From: Spirogloea muscicola
Lineage: Eukaryota
Reading direction: 5' to 3'
DNA length: 37,730 nt
Assembly: GCA_009602725.1 (NCBI GenBank)
Contig: WELB01000017.1
Location: 835,240-872,969 of the forward strand
Shown: positions 1-10,638 of the stretch, one piece after another
How positions within the stretch are numbered: the first letter of the stretch is position 1
How the letters are laid out: each line of letters begins with the position of its first letter
Position numbers and translations under genes: made by a program
The notes under the pieces: model-generated
The model's database searches: none
Told to the model about the DNA's origin: nothing
The model's input: only the letters and a program-made list of their open reading frames with translations

Positions 1-50
1 CCCCCCCCCCCCCCCCCCTCCGTTCCGCCCAGCTCGCCTCCGCCTCTGCT

Positions 51-3000
51 ATGCCGGCACTGATAGGGCCCCTGCACCCTCGCAACTTGGCCCAACACGA
101 GCTCGCCTGTGCCCGTCGCGACAATCGAGCGGAGCAGGCTCGTCGCGCAGCACCAAGCGGCGCTCGCCGTAGCGGCCGCGGGAAGACTGTCCCATCGAGC
201 CCAGCACAACCGAGCCGTCTTCACCGGCAGTGGGCCGTGGACCTTAACCTGGCCGCGGTCCTCAGGCAGGCGGCGCTCCCCCTCATCCGCCACCTTCCCG
301 GCTGGGCACGCCCACACATCCGCCGCGCCCTCCGCCCCGTCCTGCTCCGCATCGCCGCGGACCACCGCGACCAAGCTGCGTGGGACTATCTTCCTCCTGT
401 TCCCGCGCCTGCTCTTGGGCCGGGTGCAGCGTGAGGGCCGCAGGCAGGCCGCCAGCCCCTTCTGGAACGCATACACCTCTTCGAGACCGGGCGATGGGAG
501 GAGCTCCTGGCGCAGTGGCGGCAGCCGCCGCCAGTCGCGACACCCGGCGTGGGGAGTCGTCGCCGAACAGAGCAGCGGGCATCGGGCGTGCTCTTTGCTT
601 TGGACAGGCCGGCGAGCTCTCGCGGGCTGTGCAAGCACTTGAGGACTCTTCGCTGGCTCCACCGACCTCGACAACCAGACGTGCCCTCCATTCCGCTGGC
701 TGCCTTCCTTCGAGCCGCCAGAGGCGGTGGCCCTTGACGCCGCAACCCTTCGGCGGGTACTCCAGAGCAGCCGCAGAGCAGCAGCAGGCGGCCCCTCTGG
801 CATGCTCACAGAATACCTCCGTGAGCTGTTCCTGGAGGGCGAGGCCTCCGATGTCCAGGCGCTGCTCCAAGTCTGTCAGCTCGTGGCCCAGGACAAGGTC
901 CCTGCTGCTACCCGTTCGGTGCTCTTGCCCTGCTCCAGCAACCTCCCCGCCATCGCCAAGGCCAATGGCCGAGTCCGCCCCGTTGCCATCGGCGAGGTTC
1001 TGTACCGGCTGGTGGCCCGCACGCTGTGGCAGCAACATCTCGGGCAGGCGCAGACCCACCTTGCCCCACATCAATGCGGCGCTGGGCTACGAAGCGGCGG
1101 GGAGGCTGTCGTCCACGGCGTCCGCGCGGCCCTGGATCTCCACCCTGACTGGATGGTCCTGGCTGTCGATGTCCAAAAAGCCTTCAACTGCGTGGAGCGC
1201 AGCGCCATCGCCGAGGAGCTGCGAGCGGCCTTTCCTTCCCTCCTTCCCTTCTTTCGCCTTGGCTACGGCCAGCCCAGCGACCTTCTCTGGCGGACGGGGA
1301 GTGGCGAGGTGGAGACGCTGCAGTCGAGGACGGGCACACGCCAGGGGGATCCTCTGGCAGGGTTCTTCTTTGGGCTGGCTCACAACCGCGCTCTCAAGGC
1401 CACTGCTGCGGCACACCCCAGCGTCCTCCTGCCGTCCTATGCTGACAACACCACCCTGGTCGGCAGCCCAGGGGATGTGTCAGCAGCCACCGCCACCTTC
1501 CAACAGCAGCTGGCTGCCCTCGGTATGTCCATCCAGCCCAAGAAGTGCATCGCGAGGTCTCCGTGTGGCCTCCCTGCCCCCTTGCCCCTGCCGCCTGGGT
1601 GCCAGACTCCTCCAAGCGGCCTCACCATCCTGAGGGTTCCATTCGGCACGCCATCTTTCGTCGACGGGCAACTGCGCGACCGGCTACAGGAGCACCTCCA
1701 GCCGGTGGCCCGCCTCCCCGAGCTGCAGGATTTGCAGCTGGCGCTTGCTATGCGCACCAGGTGCATGGTGCAGCGGCCCCACTACCTGGCGCAAACGACT
1801 CCTCCCTGCCTCGAGGTGCTGGAGGCCTACACCACGGTCGACGCGGGCGTCATGGAGGGCGTGGCGGCCCTCATCCGTCACACTGGCCACCCTGACTTCC
1901 CAGCTGCGGCGCTCCAGGCCACTCTGCCCCCCGGCCATGGCGGCCTTTGCTGCCGCTCGCTCGCTCGCATCTGCAGGCCAGCGTTCCTCGGCAGTTGGGC
2001 CCAGGTCGCCACGTCGGTGGCACAGCGTTTTCTCCATGATGGGCGGCCCATATTGCAGCAGGCCGTGGCGGAGGTGGCGACCGGCTCATTGCCTTTTCAG
2101 GTGGCGCTCCGCTCAGCTCAAGACGAGTACTTGCGGAGCACCCTGCCCTCACAGAGAGCGTGGTCCCGTTTGCCCACCTCGCCCCCTCCACCGACTCGCA
2201 AGCGCAGGCGCGGTCCATGGCGGCAGTCGACAAGGCGTCCTTCACGGCCACGCATGCAGCTCCTCCCTCCAACAGACGTGCGCGGCCATGCTCGGCTGCT
2301 GTTGGACGCCTCCCCCGGCGCGGCAGCCTGGTTCTCTGCGCTCCCCCTGTACGATGCCCTCGGGATGCCGGATGAGCTGATCCGTACAGCAAAACATCGC
2401 CTGTTGAGTCTCCCCCCGCCCTGTCTGCTTGGCGTGCTGCAGTGTGAGTGTGGGGCGCGGTCGACGGACCCGGCGGAGCTGGCGGCGCGTATCCTCCGCT
2501 GCGCCACTGGAGGCGAACGTACAGCTACTCACGACCTCCTCCGCGATGCAATGTTCGGCATCTTCCAGGAGGCCGGACGGTGGCGATGGAGAATACTTCC
2601 GTCATGTCAATCCTCCAGAGGGTCAACGGACTCCACACGCGCCGCATCGACCTGGTGGCACCACATCAGCAATGATGCGCGCCCGGCCGCCCGGCGTGGA
2701 CGCCACCAGGTCGATGCGGCGCTTGTGGAGTCCGTTGGCCCTCTGGAGGATTGACATGACGGAAGTATTCTCCATCGCGCGGCCGTGCGCGCATCATTGC
2801 CGATGTGGTCACCACTGCTGTGGTTGACCGCTCCAATCTGGGGCTCTCTGCCTCGCGGGCTGGCCACGCTGCGGCGAAGGCCGCTTGCAGCAAGGCGGCC
2901 AAACACGCCGACCACCCGGCTGCAGATGAGTTCGTCCCCCTGGTTGCGGACGTGCACGGGGCTCTCGGGCCCCAGTGGCTCGACCTGCTGGCCAGGCTTA

Positions 3001-3224
3001 CGCGACGCGCTGTGTCCCTTAATGGGCCGGCTGACTTTAACGCCGCTGGCTCGTGGGCCCAAGTCTATCGCATGAGATCGTCAGTCTCCCTTCAGCGGTC
3101 CATGGCCCAAGCCTTGCATCTGCGTGCTGGCCGTGCTCTCGCTGCAGCCTCTGGCTTTCGTCAGGGGGATAAGTTTCCGGCAGCTAGTCAGTCGGATTTG
3201 AGGCTCCTCACTCGGCACTACTGA
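51..3224 (+). pseudogene. Frameshifted single ORF of E1 (RT-zinc knuckle-RLE polyprotein)
   Basis: Homologous segments switch frames between ORFs 51..434, 109..642, 380..1633, 727..2754, 2160..2375, 2448..2675 and 2805..3224. The catalytic YADD reads YADN, and an inverted duplication interrupts the RLE domain. Ends SDLRLLTRHY*. Confidence 0.85.
2583..2809. repeat. Inverted duplication inside the E1 RLE domain
   Basis: 2583-2659 and 2702-2778 are reverse complements (77 bp, 2 mismatches). Most of 2660-2701 is the reverse complement of 2779-2809. Confidence 0.95.
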
Positions 3225-3409
3225 GTGGTCCATTCTCCCCCCGTTCTGACATAGCTTCTTCAGGCCCCTTCATAGCTGCTCAGCGTTTTTTGGCCCCTTC
3301 GAACCTTTGTCAATTTTGTTTGGGCTGGCTTTTCACAGCCCTTGCCCCCATTGGGAGTGCCACTTCTTCTTCCCCCCCCCTCCTCCCTCTCTTCTCTATG
3401 GGTGCATGC

Positions 3410-5080
3410 TATAGATTGCGGCTATCATTGAGTCTGCAGTGCTCCAAGGTGGTGGTCACCACGCGGCCTCCCCACCAACCTCCAGCTCCCACCAGGCTGC
3501 CAGAACCCTGCCGACGGGCTGGCTGTTTTAAAAGTACCCCTTGGCACACCATCCCATGTAGCGGAGGACTTACGTGAACGCCTGCAGCAACACCTTGCTC
3601 CCCTCCCCTCCCTTCCTCTCCTTGGAGATCCGCAGCTAGCGCCGGCAATTCTGACTTGCTGCATTGGCCAACGCGCGGGCTACCTGCAGCAGACAGTCGC
3701 CCCAACCGACATGGTGGGCGAGCTGTACAAGGACTCCGACACCTCCCTCTTGCAAAACCTGGCTTCCCCGGTTCAACACCCATCCTTCCCCTCACCTTCA
3801 TCCTCCCTGCAGGCATCCCTTCCCACACGAATGGGCGGCCTGGGTTGCCGGTCACTTGAACAGACGGCGCAGGCAGCCTTTCTCGGTTGCTGGCACCAGG
3901 TTGCCTCCCTTCTTCCCTTGCGCTTCCCTTGTCTGGCTGGCCCAGCAGCCGAGGTGGAGGAAGGCTCCTTGGCATTCCAAGTGCAATTGAGGAGCATCCG
4001 GAGTCAGCACTCTGCTCCTTACCCTCCCTTCAACCCCTCCTACCCCCTTCTCAGCGCTGGCCCAAGCACCAGACAAAGCGGCACAGGCCAGACTCGTTGC
4101 TGCAGTTGAGGACGAGCGTCGCAAGTCGTTGAGGACGATGCTGGATGTCAAGACCAACTCAAGGAGTCTGGCACGTGTCACAGCGCTCTCAACGCCTGGG
4201 GCAACGGATTGGCTCACCACATACGCAATTCACAACCCTTTCAGGATCAGCCCTAAAGCATTCCGGACGCTTCTCCAGCTGTCCCTCGGCGTGCCCCCGA
4301 CCTGCCTGATTGGAGTAACTCAGTGTGAGTGCGGCTTCTGTGCGGAGGGCGGAGACCTTGCCACCTTCATGCTGCGGTGTCCCACAGGCTACTATGGGAC
4401 GCCCTGGCGGACCTGATGCGCGATGCCGGCTACCGCGCCATTGTGGAAGTAAGCAATATAATGCCCATCACCATGGATCCCCAGGGACGCCATGACCGTC
4501 GCACCTTGGACATTGTGGGTGTACAACCTGGCGGAGGCCCACGAGCCTTGGTTGATGTGGTGGTGACAGAGGCATACAAGAGTTCCGCTTCGACACATAT
4601 TGCTGGCCACGCAGTGGGAGGTGCTGAGCAGAGAAAGCTCCGACACTACTCTGACTACCCCTGTTGCGATCACCTCCTACCGACGGCAATCGACACATTC
4701 GGCTGCATGGGCCCTCGCTTCCACACCTTGCTGGAGAATATTGCAAGTTTGGGATGTGCCCGACACGGGGATATGCTTCCAGCTCAGATGGGCATGCCGG
4801 CAGCCTACTTGTCATTCTTGTGACGTTGAGTGTCAGCTTGTCTGCAGCGAGCTCAGGCTCATGCGTTGCATCAGAAAGCTGGTTGAGCCTTAGCTGGTAG
4901 CTCAAGAGCTTGTCAATTGCCATCCGGTATTTGGGCATCAATTAGCGACCTCTATGTGCTGACTCGTGGTTACTGAGCGGGTCAGCTTAGCAGCAGGAGA
5001 GGACACATTTGTCAATTTGCTCACCTTTGTACTTGGCCACACATGGCCCTCCATCTCTTCATACACACTCATTTTCTTCC
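3410..5080 (+). mobile_element. 5'-truncated degenerate CRE-like element E2 (different subfamily)
   Basis: Thumb LPTRMGGLGCRS, CECG...MLRC, RRTLDIV, ALVDVVVT, LLPTAIDTFG. The frame continues through three TGA codons to SISDLYVLTRGY* (stop 4974-4976). Confidence 0.85.
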
Positions 5081-5314
5081 AAGGCACTTGCGATACACCA
5101 GCGTGCTGGGCGTGCATGAGCCCAGGCTACTGGCTTCCGTGGTGGTGGTTTGGCTCCTCAGTATCGCTTGTCAGATATGCATGTGCTTACTCGGGGATAT
5201 TAGTGTCCCCCTTAGCCAGCTCATTACCCAGTTAACAGGACTTTTGTGAGGCTAGCATTGGCCTTTCAATTTCATGCACACCGCGCGCTCTCTCGATGGG
5301 CGAGCGCTTTCTTC
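5081..5314 (+). mobile_element. Short 3'-end fragment of a third CRE-like subfamily (not in the ORF track)
   Basis: Translates KALAIHQRAGRA*AQATGFRGGGLAPQYRLSDMHVLTRGY* (stop 5201-5203). Tail ends ATGGGCGAGCGCTTTCTTCT. Confidence 0.8.
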
Positions 5315-5509
5315 TCGCCTCCCCCCCCTCCTCTCCCCCTCCCCCGACCCCTCCCTTCCCCTCGTCCGCCCCATACGCTTGTCGCCATCCGCCGGCGGAC
5401 TGTCGGCGCCACATCAAGACGCGCAAGGTGGCGGCGGGCCCGCCCCGCTCCCCGCGCGCCTGCTCCGCTGGCAGCGGCCCCGCCTCGCCCACCTCGCCAG
5501 CCACCCAGA

Positions 5510-5573
5510 AGAAAGTGCTCGCCCATTGAGAATAGGGGCTGGAACAACCAGCCCGAAAAAGAATGAACAGAGT
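5510..5573 (-). mobile_element. 64-bp tail-only insertion of subfamily E3
   Basis: Identical to the tail at about 5711-5774 and nearly identical to about 27391-27454. Flanked by direct repeat CCCAGA (5504-5509, 5574-5579). Confidence 0.8.
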
Positions 5574-5619
5574 CCCAGATGCTTCTCGATGGCCCCCCCC
5601 TCCGGCTGTGGCCCTTGGC

Positions 5620-5972
5620 TTTGTAGTGTAGTCCTTTTTCGGCACTTCTTTCTTTGGCTTTGGACATTGTCCTTCTTTTTGGGTTGGCTTTGCCAGCCCC
5701 TCTTCTCTAGAAGAAAGTGCTCGCCCATTGAGAATAGGGGCTGGAACAACCAGCCCGAAAAAGAATGAACAGAGTACGAGAAGGGGGCCAGGGGAAGCGC
5801 TAAGTAACAGAAACAAAGCTGCTACGAGACACTCAGTAACCCCTGCTAAGCAGCCGCAGATCAGAGATGCTGGGCTCCTGGAAGTGGGTCCCCTGGCCAG
5901 AGCCAGAGGCAGCAGCGAGGGCTCTGCCGGCACGAAGGTGCAGCGCCTATGGGCGAGCTCTTCTTCTTCTCC
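5620..5972 (+). mobile_element. Retroelement 3' tail split by a nested E3 insertion
   Basis: Joining 5620-5709 to 5950-5972 restores GGGTTGGCTTTGCCAGCCCCTCTTCTCTATGGGCGAGCTCTTCTTCT, which matches the tail at about 27250-27345. Confidence 0.75.
5710..5946 (-). mobile_element. 5'-truncated E3 copy
   Basis: Encodes LHLRAGRALAAASGSGQGTHFQEPSISDLRLLSRGY* plus tail. Nearly identical to 27390-27627. CTA duplicated at 5707-5709 and 5947-5949. Confidence 0.88.
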
Positions 5973-6192
5973 TCATGATGTGGGAGAGCCCCCTTAGCTC
6001 TCTCTCCCTCTCCCTTAGGCTCTTTCTTTCTTTATGGGCGAGCCTTCTTCTCCTTAGGCAAGCGCGGCCAGATTGACTGGTGGCCCTTTTCCTTCCTTCT
6101 TTGAGTCTTCTCTGTGGGCGCGCACTTTCTTCTCCTCCTCCGTCGTTTTCTTCTTCCTCTTCGTCGCTTGGAGGGCGGGGGCTGTGAAAAGC

Positions 6193-6542
6193 GAGAGAAG
6201 CGCGGCCAGATTGAATGGTGGCTGGGAAAGGCCGGCCCAAAGGAATGGACAGGTCTGAAGGAGCCGGAGTGCGAACGACTAGGACTAAGACATCAGCCAG
6301 GGAACGCTCAGTAACCTCTAGTCAGGAGATGCAAGTCTGAGTACCTAGCTGGCGGAAAGACGTCGCCCTGACGGAAGCCGGAGGCCGCCGCCAAAGCTCG
6401 GCCTGCGCGCAAGTGAACCGCGAAGGCAAGGGACCGCTGCATGGAGACGGCCAAACGCATACGGAAGACTTTGAGCGAGGGACCCGGCGACGTTGAAGCC
6501 GGGCTGCTCGCTCGAAAAGAGAAGGGGGGGAGGTCAAAAGAA
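6193..6542 (-). mobile_element. 5'-truncated element E4 nested in another element's tail
   Basis: Encodes VFRMRLAVSMQRSLAFAVHLRAGRALAAASGFRQGDVFPPARYSDLHLLTRGY* (stop at 6308) plus tail. Flanked by GAAAAGC at 6186-6192 and 6543-6549. Confidence 0.82.
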
Positions 6543-6864
6543 GAAAAGCCAGCTCGAAAAAGTTGGACAAGGTTCGAAGGGGCCCGAAAAGCCCTGAAAG
6601 TGGGGGGCGGATAGGGGAGAAGAATGCGAAGGAAAACGTGTGTATTAAGAGATGGGGAGGCTATGTGCGGCCATATATTAAGGCAAGCACATTGACAGAG
6701 GGGGGCGCAAGGGAGGCGGGGGAGTGAGAAGACGTGCGTTGTGCGTGATATGAAAGGCTGGCCATCCAGCCAGTACACTGTACAAGCAGAAGCTAGTGCA
6801 GAAATGGGGGTTACAGAAACCGTAGCCCTATGCCAAAAGGAAGGAGGGAGGAGGAAGGGGGGGG

Positions 6865-7175
6865 GGCTGCTTAGCAGGGGTTACTGAGTGTCTCGTAGCA
6901 GCTTTGTTTCTGTTACTTAGCGCTTCCCCTGGCCCCCTTCTCGTACGCGGGAAGACGAGTTCTTCCCGTTGGCCATCGACACACATGGGGCGCTGGGCGC
7001 TCGGTGGCTCGAGCTGCTCACCCAGCTCGCCCGCCACACCATCGCCCGGCGCTTCCATGGGGAGCCGGTTGACTTCCCTGCAGCCGGGTCGCTGGCGCAA
7101 GTGTATCGAATGCGCCTGGCCGTCTCGCTGCAGAGGTCCATGGCCCGGGCGCTGCACCTTCGTGCCGGCAGAGCC
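6865..7175 (+). mobile_element. Rearranged E3 copy running into the assembly gap
   Basis: LLSRGY* plus partial 3' UTR (6865-6946) is followed by an upstream coding piece, REDEFFPLAIDTHG...LHLRAGRA. Both pieces match 27457-27830 on the minus strand. Confidence 0.8.
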
Positions 7176-7748
7176 NNNNNNNNNNNNNNNNNNNNNNNNN
7201 NNNNNNNNNNNNNNNNNNNNNNNNNNNNNNNNNNNNNNNNNNNNNNNNNNNNNNNNNNNNNNNNNNNNNNNNNNNNNNNNNNNNNNNNNNNNNNNNNNNN
7301 NNNNNNNNNNNNNNNNNNNNNNNNNNNNNNNNNNNNNNNNNNNNNNNNNNNNNNNNNNNNNNNNNNNNNNNNNNNNNNNNNNNNNNNNNNNNNNNNNNNN
7401 NNNNNNNNNNNNNNNNNNNNNNNNNNNNNNNNNNNNNNNNNNNNNNNNNNNNNNNNNNNNNNNNNNNNNNNNNNNNNNNNNNNNNNNNNNNNNNNNNNNN
7501 NNNNNNNNNNNNNNNNNNNNNNNNNNNNNNNNNNNNNNNNNNNNNNNNNNNNNNNNNNNNNNNNNNNNNNNNNNNNNNNNNNNNNNNNNNNNNNNNNNNN
7601 NNNNNNNNNNNNNNNNNNNNNNNNNNNNNNNNNNNNNNNNNNNNNNNNNNNNNNNNNNNNNNNNNNNNNNNNNNNNNNNNNNNNNNNNNNNNNNNNNNNN
7701 NNNNNNNNNNNNNNNNNNNNNNNNNNNNNNNNNNNNNNNNNNNNNNNN
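7176..7748. other. Assembly gap (N run)
   Basis: 573 N; hides the start of the RING-CH gene. Confidence 1.
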
Positions 7749-9094
7749 TCCTGCCCGCCCTCGCCCACCTGCCGCATCTGCTTGGAGTGCGACGGTGCCT
7801 GCCCCCCTCTGCCGACGCCAGCCAGCCGCGCTAGCCGCACTCCGCCCCCTGCCCCCGCCCGTGCGGCGGCGGCCGTGGGGCGTCTCGCAGCGCTGGCCTG
7901 GCCTCGCCCACCATGCGCCCAATTGGCGGCTGGACACAGCCTTGACTCCTCCTGTGGGGGCCCTCTGCTTGCAGGCCCCGACCTCATCGCCCCATGCAGC
8001 TGCAAGGGCACGCAAAAGTACGTGCACCGGTCCTGCCTCGACACCTGGCGAGCCGCCAAGGTCTGCCCCGGCGCTTCTCCGCGCCGTCCCGGCAGGGCAC
8101 CCTTGACCACCACTCACCGCTTGGCTATGAGAACGCGGCAGCTGGCGAGGTCGTGGCGGGCTGGCCATGTCGCCACCAGCGACCACGCCAGGCAGCCGGG
8201 GGGCTGCCTCTCGCCTCCTCACGCTGGTGGGGCGGACTTCCTTTGCTGTGCAGGAAGGCTTTGCCTTTGCCCATTGTACAGAGTGCCATGCCCCTTTCAA
8301 GATCATGCCCAACATCCCCGCGGATCGCTGGTGGAGGAAGACCGTCTTTCGAGTATTTGTTGTGCGTGACCATGCGGCAATTTTCTGCCTTGTACAGCTG
8401 GTGAGTAGCGGAGTGAAGCAGGTGAAGGTGTTCCCAACATGCTCAGCTCGGGCGCTTGCTCCTCTTTAGTGGGAGCACTGACCAAGGCTATCTGAGAGCA
8501 ATGCCTAGATTGCATTCAGTAGTCGCTCCTGCACAGCCAATCGCGTCAGGCAAGACCTGCATGTAATGGTGATCGCTGGGCCTCCCTCTATGTCTTCTTC
8601 TGACCAGTGGCCAGCGGTGGTCGCAGGTTATCCTCTTGCTTGGCTTACTGGTGTACTGCTTATTTGGGGAGGAAGTGGAGGAAGAATTTGGGTCTGAGGA
8701 GCGGCCTTATGCCTTCCACGTACTCGTTGGTAGGCATGCGACCTGCGGCAAGCCCTTACGATGAGCTGGCCTGAATATCAATGCTGGCTAGAGGGTGCAG
8801 CCGTCCACCACATGTGCAGTTGTTGTTGTTTGTGCTAGTAAAAGGCTGCATGCTGTCCCACAGCCAGCGCTACAAGCACTTGTGAGCACAGGGAAGACAG
8901 TGGTCTTGCTTCATGCTGCTTGCTATTTTATGCATGCCTTGGCTTCCTGCTGTTTCTTAGGCTGTCTTTTGGGTGCTGCAGTATGTATCATTGCAATGTC
9001 TGGCCTCCTGTACGGCTTCTTCGTAGCCATCATATGCGGCCAGAGCATATCGGATCGACACAACCATGTCTTACAGAAGCAGCAGCTGACCAAG
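7749..9094 (+). CDS. RING-CH (MARCH-type, C4HC3) membrane E3 ubiquitin ligase, 5' end in gap and usual last exon not found
   Basis: Exons <7749-7794, 7975-8060, 8254-8400, 8627-8729, 8982 (or 8961)-9094 with GT-AG borders. They give CRICLE...LIAPCSCKGTQKYVHRSCLDTWR...EGFAFAHCTEC, two TM segments and GLLYGFFVAIICGQSISDRHNHVLQKQQLTK. Confidence 0.88.
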
Positions 9095-9464
9095 GTAGGA
9101 GCAGCAGTCCTCTTGACTCAAGCATGGCATTTGGCTTCCCAGCAGCTCGAGGGAACTACATCATTTGTACTTAATTGACTGCCTCTCTCCCTCCCCTCGA
9201 CCTCCCTGCCCCTCCCACCCCTCTCTCCTTTCCTTCCAAGCCTGTATTGCTTCTTCCCTTTCTTTGTCCCTCTGTTAGCCCTTCATCTCCTCCCCGTTCT
9301 CCACCTCTCCCTCTCCCACTCCACTTCTTTCCTGCCCTGGCTCTCTGCCAATGGGTCCGCTGTTCTTCATCTTTCTTATCCTGCTGTCTAGAGCAATGCA
9401 CAACCACAAATGTCGCGTCATCAAGTTCGCTCATTGCTGAGTGTCGTGTCTGCATGCTGTGCAG

Positions 9465-10276
9465 GACTCATTGGGGGCCACTACAGTGTCTCCCAATATC
9501 TCTTCGGGCCAGGCGTTCCTGCTCGAGACCATCCTCACGTTCATGTTCATACTTGTGGTGTTCGGGACGGCCGTCGACCCCAAGGGCCCTGGCAGCATTG
9601 CTCCCCTGTGCATTGGCCTCGCGCTCGTCGCAGGCTTCCTCATCGCTGTCCCCTTGACAGGGGGGTCGTTCAACCCGGCCCGTTCCTTCGGACCCGCTGG
9701 TATGCTGTTCAGACCTATACTTGCGGTACTGTTGAGTCGAATGATATGCAATGCATGTGTAGAGGAGATCCTGCTAACTCAGTTGCCTGGTGTGCTGTGC
9801 AGTTTGGGCAAGTGAATACGACAGCCACTGGGTTTACTGGTTTGGACCTCTGCTTGGGTCGACCTTGGCCTGCCTCTTCTATTCTCACGTTCTCCGGCAT
9901 GGTCTACGTGCACTGGACAAACCCAAGGTATACTCACTCATGAAGTCAAGAAGCTGAAGCAACATGTAGGATGCCCATCAGTCACTTTGCAACGTACTGA
10001 CGCATGTTGCAAGGCAAAAGCTAAGTGGCTACTAACCGTGTGAAGGGTTAGCTGGATTTAATAGAGCTGCATTATGTCTGTCCAATGATCAGAAGGCGTA
10101 ATAGCACTTTACTGAGCCTAAGCATTTCTTGTGCCCAGAATGCCGATGTGCAAAAGGTGCAGATAGTTGGTGCCTCGCCTGCAGTTGCTCAAGCAGTTGG
10201 AGGTGGAGAGAATATGAATGCAAACATCAGAGGAGTCGACGACGTTGGGCGTGCTCCACCAGATCTAATTGTATGA
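9465..10276 (+). CDS. C-terminal half of an aquaporin/MIP channel (TM4-TM6, second NPA)
   Basis: Exons 9465-9699, 9803-9927, 10139-10276 give GQAFLLETILTFMFILVVFGTAVD...IAPLCIG...PLTGGSFNPARSFGPAVW...HWVYWFGPLLG. No first-NPA half was found upstream. Confidence 0.88.
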
Positions 10277-10638
10277 GAGGGACAAACAGGTGACAACTGC
10301 TGGCGCCCATGTACTGTGGGCCAGAAAGCAATCAGAAGTGCATTGGCAAACAGTCCTTACATTACTTGGCATTGCGATGCTTTGGCTTCTGCATCCGACG
10401 GAAGCCCTTTACATTAATGGGACTCTGCTAATGCATAGGATTTGAGGACTCTTATGCTTGTTCGAGATTGCAAAGGGACGCCCTTTGCAATTAACTTAGG
10501 CATTGTGTCTCTCCGAAACTTCAGACACTCCAGACTCTGTGTTGCCGCTACCACTGAAGGATTAGCAGCAGCTAACTGCTCAGTCAGGCATCTACCGCTT
10601 CTTGGCCACATTTGCTGCTGTGTCGTTGCTGTGTGTCT

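Larger units (their letters stand above)
19..3372 (+). mobile_element. Nearly full-length, decayed CRE/Zepp-like non-LTR retrotransposon (RT + RLE), element E1
   Basis: RT motifs RPVAIGEVLYRL, LAPHQCGAG, DVQKAFNCV, GTRQGDPL, SYADN; thumb LPPGHGGL; zinc knuckle CECG...ILRC; RLE motifs ERTATHD, RRIDLV, IIADVV, FVPLVADVHG. The 3' UTR has a GGGCTGG hairpin and a TTCTTCTTC end. Preceded by poly-C at 1-18. Confidence 0.9.

Noticed and set aside
283..2532. Many overlapping antisense ORFs over E1
   Set aside because: Expected shadow ORFs of GC-rich coding DNA.
5500..6300. Repeated hairpin tails considered as a CRISPR-like array, terminators or ribozymes
   Set aside because: Spacing is irregular, orientation is mixed and the motifs follow retroelement stop codons. 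I could not identify hammerhead or HDV catalytic cores.
6828..8369. Long ORFs of 400-495 aa, including an apparent RLE-RING fusion (6969..8369)
   Set aside because: They run through 573 N; frame continuity across the gap is meaningless.
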